Positions 17,505 through 25,827 of a stretch of 64,000 bases of DNA are shown here, piece after piece. The DNA comes from Acidobacteriota bacterium. Its GTDB lineage: Bacteria; Acidobacteriota; Vicinamibacteria; Vicinamibacterales; UBA2999. Location: NCBI GenBank assembly GCA_963169195.1, contig CAUJDN010000054.1, forward strand, positions 28,386 to 92,385, in the 5' to 3' direction. Made by a program: the position numbers and the translations under genes. How positions within the stretch are numbered: position 1 is the first letter of the stretch; each line of letters starts with the position of its first letter. The notes beneath the pieces are model-generated. The model saw only the letters and a list, made by a program, of their open reading frames with translations, was not told the DNA's origin and did not search any database.

Positions 17505-20030
17505 TCATGCCCGGCCCGCCGCATGCAAACGGCGAACCGCTTCCTCGACCTGGCGGGCCAGCTCCGAGTAGTCCTCGCCCGACAGATGGAGCGGCGCGCC
17601 GAACGTCACCGCGCACCGCCCGGGGCGGGCCATCCGCCACCGCGGATGCAGGATCCGGTTCACGCCCTCCAGCCGCACCGGCACCACGGGCAGCCGCAGA
17701 CGGGCGCCGATCATCCCGATGCCGCCCTGGAACGGCAGGATCTCGTCGGACTCCGAACGGGTGCCCTCCGGGAAGATCAGCACCGAGTAGCCATCGCCGG
17801 TCACCTCGCCGATGTAGCGGAGCGTCTGCCGCGCCCCGGCCTCGCGCTGCGGCAGCGGAAAGGCGCCGAAGAAGCCGGAGGCGAGGTAGTACTCGAGCCG
17901 GTTGACGAACACCTGCCCGGCCCTGAACTGGTTCGGGAAGAAGTGCGCCCGGAAGAACTCCTTGGCCATGGCCGGGGCGACCCAGCCGCGCCATCGGCCC
18001 GGCAGCGCAGCCATGATCACGGGCACATCCAGGTGGCTCTGGTGGTTGGCCGCAAGGACCACCGGCCCGCGGAGCCCCTCCAGGTGCTCGCGCCCGCCCA
18101 CCTGCACCCAGGCGAACATGCGCGCGATGGGGAGGATCCACGTCGCCAGGCTGATGCGCCGCGCCCAGCGCACGAGGGGGTGGCGATTCCATCGGGGGAA
18201 CACCACTGGCTCCTCGACGACGGCCTCGGCCGGCGCTTCCTCGACGAGCGCCTTCAGTTCGCTCACCGTGCGCGCGCCAGCGAACCTGGTCTCGTCCAGC
18301 CGCGTCTGGAAGCGGTCCTCGAGCGCCACCATCAACTCCACGCGCTCGAGCGAGCTCAGGCCCAGCTCGTCGAGCGAGGTGTCCTCCCCGATCGCCCGGC
18401 CGGCCGCATACCGGGCGAGCAGGCTGGTGAGGCCTTCACCCGGCGCGGCGGCCGATGGCGCTGTCCCGGTGTCCACCCACTGGCGGATGGTTCCGCGCTT
18501 CAGCTTCCGTGTGCCTTCGGTGCGTGGCAGGGGGCCCGTGGCCCACACCGAGAAGGCGCGGATGCGCTGGTGGTCCGCGAGCCGCGCGTTGGCCGCGGCC
18601 ACCACCGCCGCCGGGTCGATGCCCGCCTCCAGCACGAGCACCGCATGCACGCGCTCCTCCGTCCGGCCCGCCTCGCGGTGCCCGACAACCGCCGACTCCA
18701 CCACGCCGGGCACCGCCTCGATCTCGCGCTCCACATCGTCCGGGAAGACGTTGAGGCCCTCGGGCGTGACGATCATCTCCTTCTTGCGCCCGCGGATGAA
18801 CAGGCGGCCCTCGGCGTCGAACTCGCCGATGTCGCCCGTGTGCAGCCACCCTTCGGCGTCCAGCAGGTGTGCAGGCGCCTGCCGGGAGTCGGGAGTCGGG
18901 AGTCGGGAGTCGGGGGGCGTGTAGTAGCCGTCGGTGACATTGTCGCCACGGACGAGAATCTCGCCGTCGCCGGCAATCCTGACCTCGACGCCGGGGACCG
19001 GCTCGCCGACGGATCCCGTCCGCGTCTTGAAGGGGTGGTTCAGCGTCACGATGGGAGCCGTCTCGGTGAGGCCGTACCCCTGGATGACGACGAAGCCGAG
19101 GCGCTTCCAGTACGACTCGAGCTCGGGATCGAGCGGCGCGGCGCCCACGATGAAGCCCCAGAACTTCAGCCCGAACGTGCGATGGATGGCGCGGTAGCGC
19201 CACCAGCGCTTCGCCATCGAGAGCCCCGGAGGCGGGCTGCCGACGGCCGGATCGAGGCGCAGGGCGTGATCGCGCAGCACGTCGAGGATCTTCGGCACGC
19301 ACACGATGATCGAGACGCGCCACGCGTGGACGCGCCGGACGATGTCGTGCGGGTTGAAGCTGCGCATGAAGACCACGGTGCCGTCCACGAGGGGCGGGAT
19401 GGTGGTGGCCAGCGCCTGGCCGAAGAGGTGACTGAGCGGGAGCAGGTTCAGGAAGCGCAGTGGCAGGAGCGGGCGCGCGTATCGCTTGTACTTCGCCACC
19501 TCGCGTGCCACGGGCACGAGGTTGGCCATGATGTTCTTGTGGCGCACGACCACGCCCTTGGGCTCGCCGGTGGCGCCCGACGTGTAGACGATCTGCGCGA
19601 TGTCGTCACGCGTGATCGGGACGTCCGGCATCGGGCCGTCGGCCTCCCAGTCGACGTCGCGGAACGTCCAACGGGGAATGGCCGTGGAGGCCGCGTCCGC
19701 GTCCTCGCCCGTGATCACGACACGCGCCTGGACGATCCCCGCGATCGTCGAGGCGAAGGTGCCGGGTGACCGGTAGTCGATGGGCACCACGATGACGCCG
19801 CTGATGGTGGCGCCCCAGAAGCAGGCCAGCCACTCCGCGCAGTTCTCGCCCCAGAGGAGGATCCTGTCCCCGCGCGAGACCCCGGCGGCGGCGAGGCGCG
19901 CCGCAAAGCCCCGGGCGGCCCGGGTCACCTGCGGGTAGGTGAACCGCCGGACCCGGTAGCCGTCGTCGTGGATGACGAATTCGCCCCGCTGGGATTCAAG
20001 TGATCGGAAGACGTCGACCAGTGTCTGCAC
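17505..20030 (-). CDS. tri-domain acyl-AMP ligase / carrier protein (PP-binding) / lysophospholipid acyltransferase (PlsC-type) fusion
   Basis: 841 aa. AMP-binding motif YTSGATGEPKGV; carrier-domain serine in DELGLSSLERVEL; acyltransferase motifs NHQSHLD and FPEGTRS. Confidence 0.9.
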   Translation of the reverse strand: MQTLVDVFRSLESQRGEFVIHDDGYRVRRFTYPQVTRAARGFAARLAAAGVSRGDRILLWGENCAEWLACFWGATISGVIVVPIDYRSPGTFASTIAGIVQARVVITGEDADAASTAIPRWTFRDVDWEADGPMPDVPITRDDIAQIVYTSGATGEPKGVVVRHKNIMANLVPVAREVAKYKRYARPLLPLRFLNLLPLSHLFGQALATTIPPLVDGTVVFMRSFNPHDIVRRVHAWRVSIIVCVPKILDVLRDHALRLDPAVGSPPPGLSMAKRWWRYRAIHRTFGLKFWGFIVGAAPLDPELESYWKRLGFVVIQGYGLTETAPIVTLNHPFKTRTGSVGEPVPGVEVRIAGDGEILVRGDNVTDGYYTPPDSRLPTPDSRQAPAHLLDAEGWLHTGDIGEFDAEGRLFIRGRKKEMIVTPEGLNVFPDDVEREIEAVPGVVESAVVGHREAGRTEERVHAVLVLEAGIDPAAVVAAANARLADHQRIRAFSVWATGPLPRTEGTRKLKRGTIRQWVDTGTAPSAAAPGEGLTSLLARYAAGRAIGEDTSLDELGLSSLERVELMVALEDRFQTRLDETRFAGARTVSELKALVEEAPAEAVVEEPVVFPRWNRHPLVRWARRISLATWILPIARMFAWVQVGGREHLEGLRGPVVLAANHQSHLDVPVIMAALPGRWRGWVAPAMAKEFFRAHFFPNQFRAGQVFVNRLEYYLASGFFGAFPLPQREAGARQTLRYIGEVTGDGYSVLIFPEGTRSESDEILPFQGGIGMIGARLRLPVVPVRLEGVNRILHPRWRMARPGRCAVTFGAPLHLSGEDYSELARQVEEAVRRLHAAGRA
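18884..18917. repeat. heptamer tandem repeat GGGAGTC x4 + G6 inside the acyl-AMP ligase CDS
   Basis: gggagtcgggagtcgggagtcgggagtcgggggg. On the coding strand it encodes PPDSRLPTPDSR, inserted between the conserved GYY and DAEGWLHTGD segments. Confidence 0.9.
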
Positions 20031-20070
20031 CCGCCTCCGCTCCTCTGTTACTTGCGGGAGCTACGGCGCG

Positions 20071-20140
20071 GCAAGCCCGCCCGCACCTGTCCGCACACGC
20101 CCGCACCTGCCCGCACCCGTTCGCGCCTGCCCGCACCCGC
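20071..20140. repeat. decamer tandem repeat CCGCACCYGY (about 6-7 units), complement of the GGTGCGGRCR family
   Basis: ccgcacctgt ccgcacacgc ccgcacctgc ccgcacccgt tcgcgcctgc ccgcacccgc, in the divergent spacer between gene starts at 20030 (-) and 20162 (+). Confidence 0.9.
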
Positions 20141-20161
20141 GTCTAGTATCATCGTTCTCCC

Positions 20162-21535
20162 TTGGACACGTCACGGCTCCCTCCCGCCCTGGTGGTGGGC
20201 GCACACTACGACACGTTCCTGCAGCGGGCGCTCCGCCGGTTCTTCGAGCGGGCGACCCTGGAGGCTGACGCCGTGCCGTCGCCCTCCTCCGACGGGCGGC
20301 TGGCCATCGAGCCGACGGGCGATCCCGGCGCGCTGGCGGTGCGGTGGTTCGGCAACCGCTACGTGCTGCGCGTGCCGGGTTCGAGGCCCTTCACCCAGAA
20401 CGAGGTGCGGTTCGCCCGCGCCATCGGGACAGTGCTGTCGGCCCGTTTCCATGCCATCCTGAGGCCGCAGGCGATCATCGAGCGGAGCGGGCTCTTCCGG
20501 GGTGCCATCGAGGACTGCTACGTGGGCGCCTTCTTCGATCCCGCCGCCTATGGCCAGGGGGCCCCGCAGCCCGCGGCCGATCGCGTGGCCGAGGCCATCG
20601 AGATCCTCCGCGTGGCGGCGCTGTCTACCTACGAGAACCACCCCATCTCCACCGGGGTGCTGCTGCTCGGCACGGACGAGGATGCGCTCGCCAGGGACCG
20701 CGCGGGCCTGGTGGGGCCGCACTACTCGGGCGCCCTGACTTCCATCAAGAGCTTTTTCCGCCTGGCCGACGGCGTGCGCACGATGTTCCTCGTGGGCCGC
20801 GACGGCCGGCTGCTGGACATCGTGGACGTGGACCGCTGGGCCACCCAGGCGTCGGCAGGGATGGGGCTGGCCGTGCCGTGCGCCGAGGCGTACAGCGCGC
20901 ACGCGCGCGCGACGTTGACGGGCGAGCACGTGGCGGTCGTCCTGAGCCCGCAGCGCGAGATCAAGGTCTTCGCGCGCGGCGAGCAGGTGTTCGCCTTCCG
21001 CAACGCCGACTGGCACCTGCTCGATCTGGCGGCGAAGTACCAGCTGTGGGAGTCGGCGGTCGGCCACAGCCCCGTGGCGCGGCGCCTGTTCCAGACGGCG
21101 CTCGATCTCTCGGACGCGCGGCAGGGCGCGCTGTTCGTCGTCCTGCGCCGGCCGCTGGAGTCGCTGGGCGAGCTCGTGACGGGCGACGACCGGCTCGACA
21201 TGGAGCCCGTCGGCGCCCCGAAGGATTCCGACGTGCCCTCGCGGCGTCATCTGCTGCACGTGCTGGCGGGGCGCACGGTGACCGATCTGGACGCCAGCGT
21301 GCTCGCCGCGCTGGCCACGCTCGACGGGGCCACGGTCTGCGAGCCGAACGGCCAGCTGCTGGCCGTCGGCGCGATCCTGCGCCAGTCGTCCACGGTCCCC
21401 GGCGTCCAGGGCGGCGTGGTCGAGGGCGCGCGCACGACGGCCGCGATGGCGGCGAGCCGGTTCGGGCCGGTGTTGAAGGTCAGCGAGGATGGCCTCATCA
21501 CGTGCTTCGACGGCGGCCGCCTCTGGGACATCTGA
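20162..21535 (+). CDS. DisA_N/DAC (diadenylate-cyclase)-like domain protein with degenerate catalytic motif and unknown N-terminal region
   Basis: 457 aa. The C-terminal ~150 aa follow the DAC pattern: RQGALFVVL, LDGATV (DGA retained, nt 21323-21331), GARTTAAM in place of GTRHRAA (nt 21425-21445), and KVSEDGLITCFDGG. TTG start uncertain. Confidence 0.7.
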   Translation: MDTSRLPPALVVGAHYDTFLQRALRRFFERATLEADAVPSPSSDGRLAIEPTGDPGALAVRWFGNRYVLRVPGSRPFTQNEVRFARAIGTVLSARFHAILRPQAIIERSGLFRGAIEDCYVGAFFDPAAYGQGAPQPAADRVAEAIEILRVAALSTYENHPISTGVLLLGTDEDALARDRAGLVGPHYSGALTSIKSFFRLADGVRTMFLVGRDGRLLDIVDVDRWATQASAGMGLAVPCAEAYSAHARATLTGEHVAVVLSPQREIKVFARGEQVFAFRNADWHLLDLAAKYQLWESAVGHSPVARRLFQTALDLSDARQGALFVVLRRPLESLGELVTGDDRLDMEPVGAPKDSDVPSRRHLLHVLAGRTVTDLDASVLAALATLDGATVCEPNGQLLAVGAILRQSSTVPGVQGGVVEGARTTAAMAASRFGPVLKVSEDGLITCFDGGRLWDI

Positions 21536-21544
21536 AAGGCACGC

Positions 21545-22453
21545 ATGTCGTTTTGCATCTTCCTGACCGGGGGAACCGGATACATCGGGTCGGCCATCCT
21601 GGACGCCGCCATCCGCGGCGGGCACCAGGTGACGGCCATCGCGCGGGATCCCGAGAAGGTGGCGCGCCTCCAGTCGCGCGGCGCCACGGGCCTGCTCGCC
21701 GCGCTCGGGACTCCGGCGCGCTACATGGACGCCGCGCTCGAGGCCGACGTCGTCATCCACGCGGCCATCGAGTACTCGCCGCATGGCGTGCCGCTCGAGC
21801 GCGAGTTCCTGGACCGGCTGCTGCCCGCCATGGAAGGCACCGGCGAGAGCCGGACCTTCATCTACACGTCGGGCGTGTGGGTGCTCGGGCCCGCGCCCGA
21901 GCCGGTGGACGAGACGGCGCCGCTCGTGGCGCCGGCCGAGCAGTCGGCGTGGCGGGTGCCCCACGAGCAGATCGTGCAGGCCGCGATGTCGATGAGCCTG
22001 CGCACGATGGTGATCCGCCCGGGCATCGTCTACGGTGGCGGGCGCGGCATCGTCTCGGACCTGCTGAAGGACGCGCTCAACGGGCTCGTGCGGGTGATTG
22101 GTCCGGGCACGAACCACTGGCCGTGCGTGTACGATCGCGACCTCGGCGAGCTGTACATCAGGCTTGCCGAGACACCGGAGGCGTCCGGCGTGTTCCACGC
22201 CAACGACGAGGCCGACGAGACGGTGAACGAGATCGTCGAGGCCATTGCCGGCCATCTGGCCCACCGCCCGGACGTGCGCCACGTGCCGATCGAGGAGGCG
22301 CGCGGGAAGATGGGCGCCTATGCCGACGCGCTGGCGCTGGATCAGAAGGTGCGGAGCCCAAAGGCGCGGGCCATGGGATGGTCGCCCTCGCTCAGCAGCG
22401 TGTCGGGGAACGTGGCACGGCTCTTCGAGGAGTATCGGAACGCGCATCGCTAG
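21545..22453 (+). CDS. NAD-dependent epimerase/dehydratase family (extended SDR) protein
   Basis: 302 aa with N-terminal FLTGGTGYIGSAI Rossmann motif. Confidence 0.85.
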   Translation: MSFCIFLTGGTGYIGSAILDAAIRGGHQVTAIARDPEKVARLQSRGATGLLAALGTPARYMDAALEADVVIHAAIEYSPHGVPLEREFLDRLLPAMEGTGESRTFIYTSGVWVLGPAPEPVDETAPLVAPAEQSAWRVPHEQIVQAAMSMSLRTMVIRPGIVYGGGRGIVSDLLKDALNGLVRVIGPGTNHWPCVYDRDLGELYIRLAETPEASGVFHANDEADETVNEIVEAIAGHLAHRPDVRHVPIEEARGKMGAYADALALDQKVRSPKARAMGWSPSLSSVSGNVARLFEEYRNAHR

Positions 22454-22574
22454 GGCGGCTGCATCGCGCCCGTGGGCCCCGCCGCTTTCGCGGTTCGGTG
22501 GGACCTTCCTGCGGGAGCCGGAGTACGAGCGCCGGGACTTCAGTTCCCGGCGTCCCGGGCGATATGCTGTGCGC

Positions 22575-24221
22575 ATGCGCTCCCTCGCCCTTGCCCTCCC
22601 GCTGCTGGTCGTCATCGGCTGCAGCCAGCCGACCCCACACACTCCGCCGCCTGCACCGCCGCCGGGACCGGCGGTGGACGAGATCTCGACCGCATCGCTC
22701 GTCTCGCACGTCCAGCGCCTGTCGTCCGACGAGTTCCAGGGCCGCGCGCCGGCCACGCCCGGCGGCGAGCTGGCCACGGCCTACCTCGCGAAGGAGCTCG
22801 AGGCCCTCGGCCTCCAGCCCGCTGGCGACCACGGCGCCTTCTTCCAGCAGGTCCCCATCGTCGAGGCCAACGTGGAGCGCACGTTCACGCTGAGCGTGCC
22901 GGGCACCACCTACCGCTACCTCCGCGATGTCGTCGCGTTCGCGGGCGTCGAGCGCCCGCGCGTGCAGGTGCAGGGCGAGGTGGTCTTCGTCGGCTACGGC
23001 ATCAACGCGCCGGAGCTGAAGTGGAACGACTACGCGGGCGTGAACGTGAAGGGCAAGTGGGTGATGATCATGGTGAACGATCCGCCCGCGCCGCCGGACG
23101 AGCCCACGCTCTTCGGTGGCCCCGCGCTCACCTACTACGGCCGCTGGACCTACAAGTACGAGGAGGCGGCGCGGCAGGGCGCCGCCGGCGCGCTCCTCAT
23201 CCACACCGATGAATCCGCCACCTACCCGTGGCAGGTCGTGCAGTCGTCCTGGAGCGGCACGCAGTACTCGCTGCCGCAGGAGCCGGGCGCGCCGGCACTC
23301 GGCATCAAGGCGTGGATCACCGAGCGCGCGGCCCGCGACCTCGCGAAGCGCGGCGGCAGGAACCTGGACGCCCTCCGGACGAGCGCGTCGTCGCGCGGCT
23401 TCAAGGCCACGTCGCTCGGCATCCGCGCGGCGGCGACGCTGGTGCAGAAGTCGGCGCGCAAGACCTCGCCCAACGTCGTGGCGAAGCTCACCGGCACGAA
23501 CGATCGGGAGGCCATCGTCTTCACCTCGCACTGGGACCATTTCGGCATGCGAGAGCGGCAGCCGGACGATCCGCCGGACGCGGATCTCATCTACAACGGC
23601 GCGTACGACAACGCGTCGGGCGTGGCGGGGCTGCTGGAGCTGGCGAAGGCGATGGTCCGCGCACCGGAGAAGCCCGGGCGATCGATGTACTTCGTGTTCG
23701 TCACGGCGGAGGAGTCCGGCCTGCTCGGTTCCGAGTATTTCGCCGCGCATCCGCCCATCCCGCCGGCGCGGATGGCCGCGAACTTCAACGTGGACGGCCT
23801 GAACTACCTGGGGCCGACCCGGGACATGGTGCAGCTCGGCTCGGATCGCTCGACGCTCGGGCCCGTGCTCGAGGCGCTCCTGAAGGAGCGTGGCCGCACG
23901 CTCGGGACGGACACGCACCCGGAGCGCGGCTATTTCTTCCGCTCGGATCACTTCCCGTTCGCCAAGGCCGGCGTGCCCGCGCTCTCCATCAGCGAGCCGA
24001 AGGAGTTCCTGGGCCCGAACGCCGAGGCGCTGCTCAAGAAGCAGGAGGCGTACAACGGCACGCACTATCACCAGCCGAGCGACGAGTACGACCCGTCGTG
24101 GGACTTCAGCGGCGCGGTGGAGGACATGAAGGTGCTGGCCGAGCTCGCGTGGCGCGTGGCGGCGGCGCCGGAGATGCCGCGCTACAACGACGGGGATCAG
24201 TTCGCCAACGTGCGGAAGTAG
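22575..24221 (+). CDS. M28-family metallopeptidase, lipoprotein
   Basis: Start at the internal ATG giving MRSLALALPLLVVIGCSQP (signal peptide plus lipobox). M28 motifs YDNASGVAGLLELA, VTAEESGLLGSEYF and RSDHFPFAKAG. Confidence 0.9.
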   Translation: MRSLALALPLLVVIGCSQPTPHTPPPAPPPGPAVDEISTASLVSHVQRLSSDEFQGRAPATPGGELATAYLAKELEALGLQPAGDHGAFFQQVPIVEANVERTFTLSVPGTTYRYLRDVVAFAGVERPRVQVQGEVVFVGYGINAPELKWNDYAGVNVKGKWVMIMVNDPPAPPDEPTLFGGPALTYYGRWTYKYEEAARQGAAGALLIHTDESATYPWQVVQSSWSGTQYSLPQEPGAPALGIKAWITERAARDLAKRGGRNLDALRTSASSRGFKATSLGIRAAATLVQKSARKTSPNVVAKLTGTNDREAIVFTSHWDHFGMRERQPDDPPDADLIYNGAYDNASGVAGLLELAKAMVRAPEKPGRSMYFVFVTAEESGLLGSEYFAAHPPIPPARMAANFNVDGLNYLGPTRDMVQLGSDRSTLGPVLEALLKERGRTLGTDTHPERGYFFRSDHFPFAKAGVPALSISEPKEFLGPNAEALLKKQEAYNGTHYHQPSDEYDPSWDFSGAVEDMKVLAELAWRVAAAPEMPRYNDGDQFANVRK

Positions 24222-24408
24222 GGCCCGCGTTCGCCCGCCGCTCGGTTGCGGCGCGCCTCGGCGGGTGGGCCTCGCCGCTCAGCGGCTCGGTGGGCCATCG
24301 CTGCGCTCGGGTGGGCGGTCGCTGGCGCGGCCGTGAGCCTCGTCGCTCACATCGCTCGGCAGGGCTCACCGACGCCGCGGGCAGGCCCACGGCGCATCCG
24401 GATAGGCC

Positions 24409-25347
24409 ATGATTGGCACATTCACCCTCCGGGAGGCTGCCCTGGATATCGTTGAGCGCTCGTTTCGCATAGAGGGTGCCGAGGGGCTGGGTGCACGACC
24501 CAGGCCCGATCTCATCGGCCCCGTGATGGCGAACCTGCAAGGGTCACTGCTGGACTCGGTGCGCATGGGCTTTCTCCATTCCAGCCGCGCCCGTGGCCGG
24601 GTCCCCGCCTCGTTGCGGGCTGCAGCGGACGCCCGCTACATAGGACATGACGGCCAGGACGGCGCGACACTGCTAAGGTTCGCGGTACCCACGTTTGGCG
24701 CCGTGGCGGAAGAGCTGTTCCAGCAGCAGTCACTCTGGGACGACGGGCCAAAGCCGGATGAAACAGCGTTCGAGTTGTTCGGGGCGGCGCTCCACGATGT
24801 GGGGCAACGCTGCACCGACAGCAACAGTTTCGACCCCGGTCTGCTGAGGAGAATTCGAACCTACCGAGGTGTTCTCGCCCGTGGCGTCGATCGAATCGTT
24901 CTCCCGGATACGAGGGTAGAGCGGAGGGGACATGTCGATGCCGAGGTGGTGAGTGCGGCGTCCGAACTCCACGCCCTCACTCCTCCCTCCCGCCGGCTTC
25001 GAGTGGCGGGCCGCCTCGACGTCATGGGCGCAAGTCAGGGTGTTCTGAAGCTGGACGTTCGCGCCGGTGAAATGGTGACCGCGCGATGGGAGGGCGAGCA
25101 GGCCGTCGAGACGCTTCGGGAGTTTTTCAACAAGGATGTCGTGATTGAAGGGCTGGGCGTGTTTCGCCCCTCGGGCGGCCTGTTGCGCGTCGATGCAGAC
25201 GCCATCGCCCCCGCGTCGCCGCGCGACTATCACAAGCTTGCCCGTCTCAAGCCAGGCGAGAAGTCCGCCTACCTTCAGTTACTCGGTTCCCTGAAGGGTG
25301 ATGAGACCGATGAGGAGTTCGAGACCGAAGTCGCCAGGCTGCGCTGA
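24409..25347 (+). CDS. hypothetical protein (312 aa), no recognisable domain; sits in the 'antitoxin' position 5 nt upstream of a PIN gene
   Basis: ATG-initiated ORF in a stretch that looks lower in GC by eye. It ends ..LKGDETDEEFETEVARLR, and its stop TGA at 25345-25347 lies 5 nt before the PIN ATG. Confidence 0.6.
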   Translation: MIGTFTLREAALDIVERSFRIEGAEGLGARPRPDLIGPVMANLQGSLLDSVRMGFLHSSRARGRVPASLRAAADARYIGHDGQDGATLLRFAVPTFGAVAEELFQQQSLWDDGPKPDETAFELFGAALHDVGQRCTDSNSFDPGLLRRIRTYRGVLARGVDRIVLPDTRVERRGHVDAEVVSAASELHALTPPSRRLRVAGRLDVMGASQGVLKLDVRAGEMVTARWEGEQAVETLREFFNKDVVIEGLGVFRPSGGLLRVDADAIAPASPRDYHKLARLKPGEKSAYLQLLGSLKGDETDEEFETEVARLR

Positions 25348-25352
25348 GAGGG

Positions 25353-25805
25353 ATGCCTCCCCCATATCTCCTTGATACCACCGTGCTACTGCACTGAACC
25401 CGCGGGGGGAGGCAGGCCGAGGCGCTCGATGAGCAGTTCCACCTCTCGAGTTCGCTGATGCGGCCTCTGGTCTGCGAGGTCTCGCTCGGCGAGATGCCGG
25501 CGTTCAGCATGAGCCTGAAGTGGGGCGCGAGACGGCAGGACCGGCTCAAAGAACTCGAGCGCCATCTGGGCGTGGTGGACATCTCGGACCGTCGCGTGCG
25601 GCAGGCGTACGCCGAGCTTTCCACGTTGGCACAGGTCTCGGGCTGGTCACTATTCCATGGAAAGAACGACCTGTGGGTCGGGGCCGCCGCCAAGGTGACG
25701 GAAGCGCACCTCCTGACCATGGACACGGATTTCCTTCCGCTGCGTGGTCGGCCGGGTTGGTTGTTGACCATCCTGGACGACAAGACCGCACTTCCGAGGC
25801 CCTGA
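25353..25805 (+). pseudogene. PIN-domain (VapC-like) toxin gene interrupted by an in-frame TGA at codon 15
   Basis: ATG 25353 reads MPPPYLLDTTVLLH, then TGA (25395-25397). The same frame continues TRGGRQAEALDEQ...EVSLGEM...GKNDLWVGAAAKVTEAHLLTMDTDF, the typical PIN N- and C-terminal signatures. The 115-aa track ORF (25458-25805) is only the distal part. Confidence 0.65.
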
Positions 25806-25827
25806 CAGGCGATCGCCTGCGTTCTGC

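Noticed and set aside
25395-25397. The in-frame TGA in the PIN gene as selenocysteine or programmed read-through.
   Set aside because: No SECIS-like hairpin stands out immediately downstream, and a PIN N-terminal helix has no reason to need Sec. A nonsense mutation (TGG to TGA) or a base-call error is the simpler explanation.
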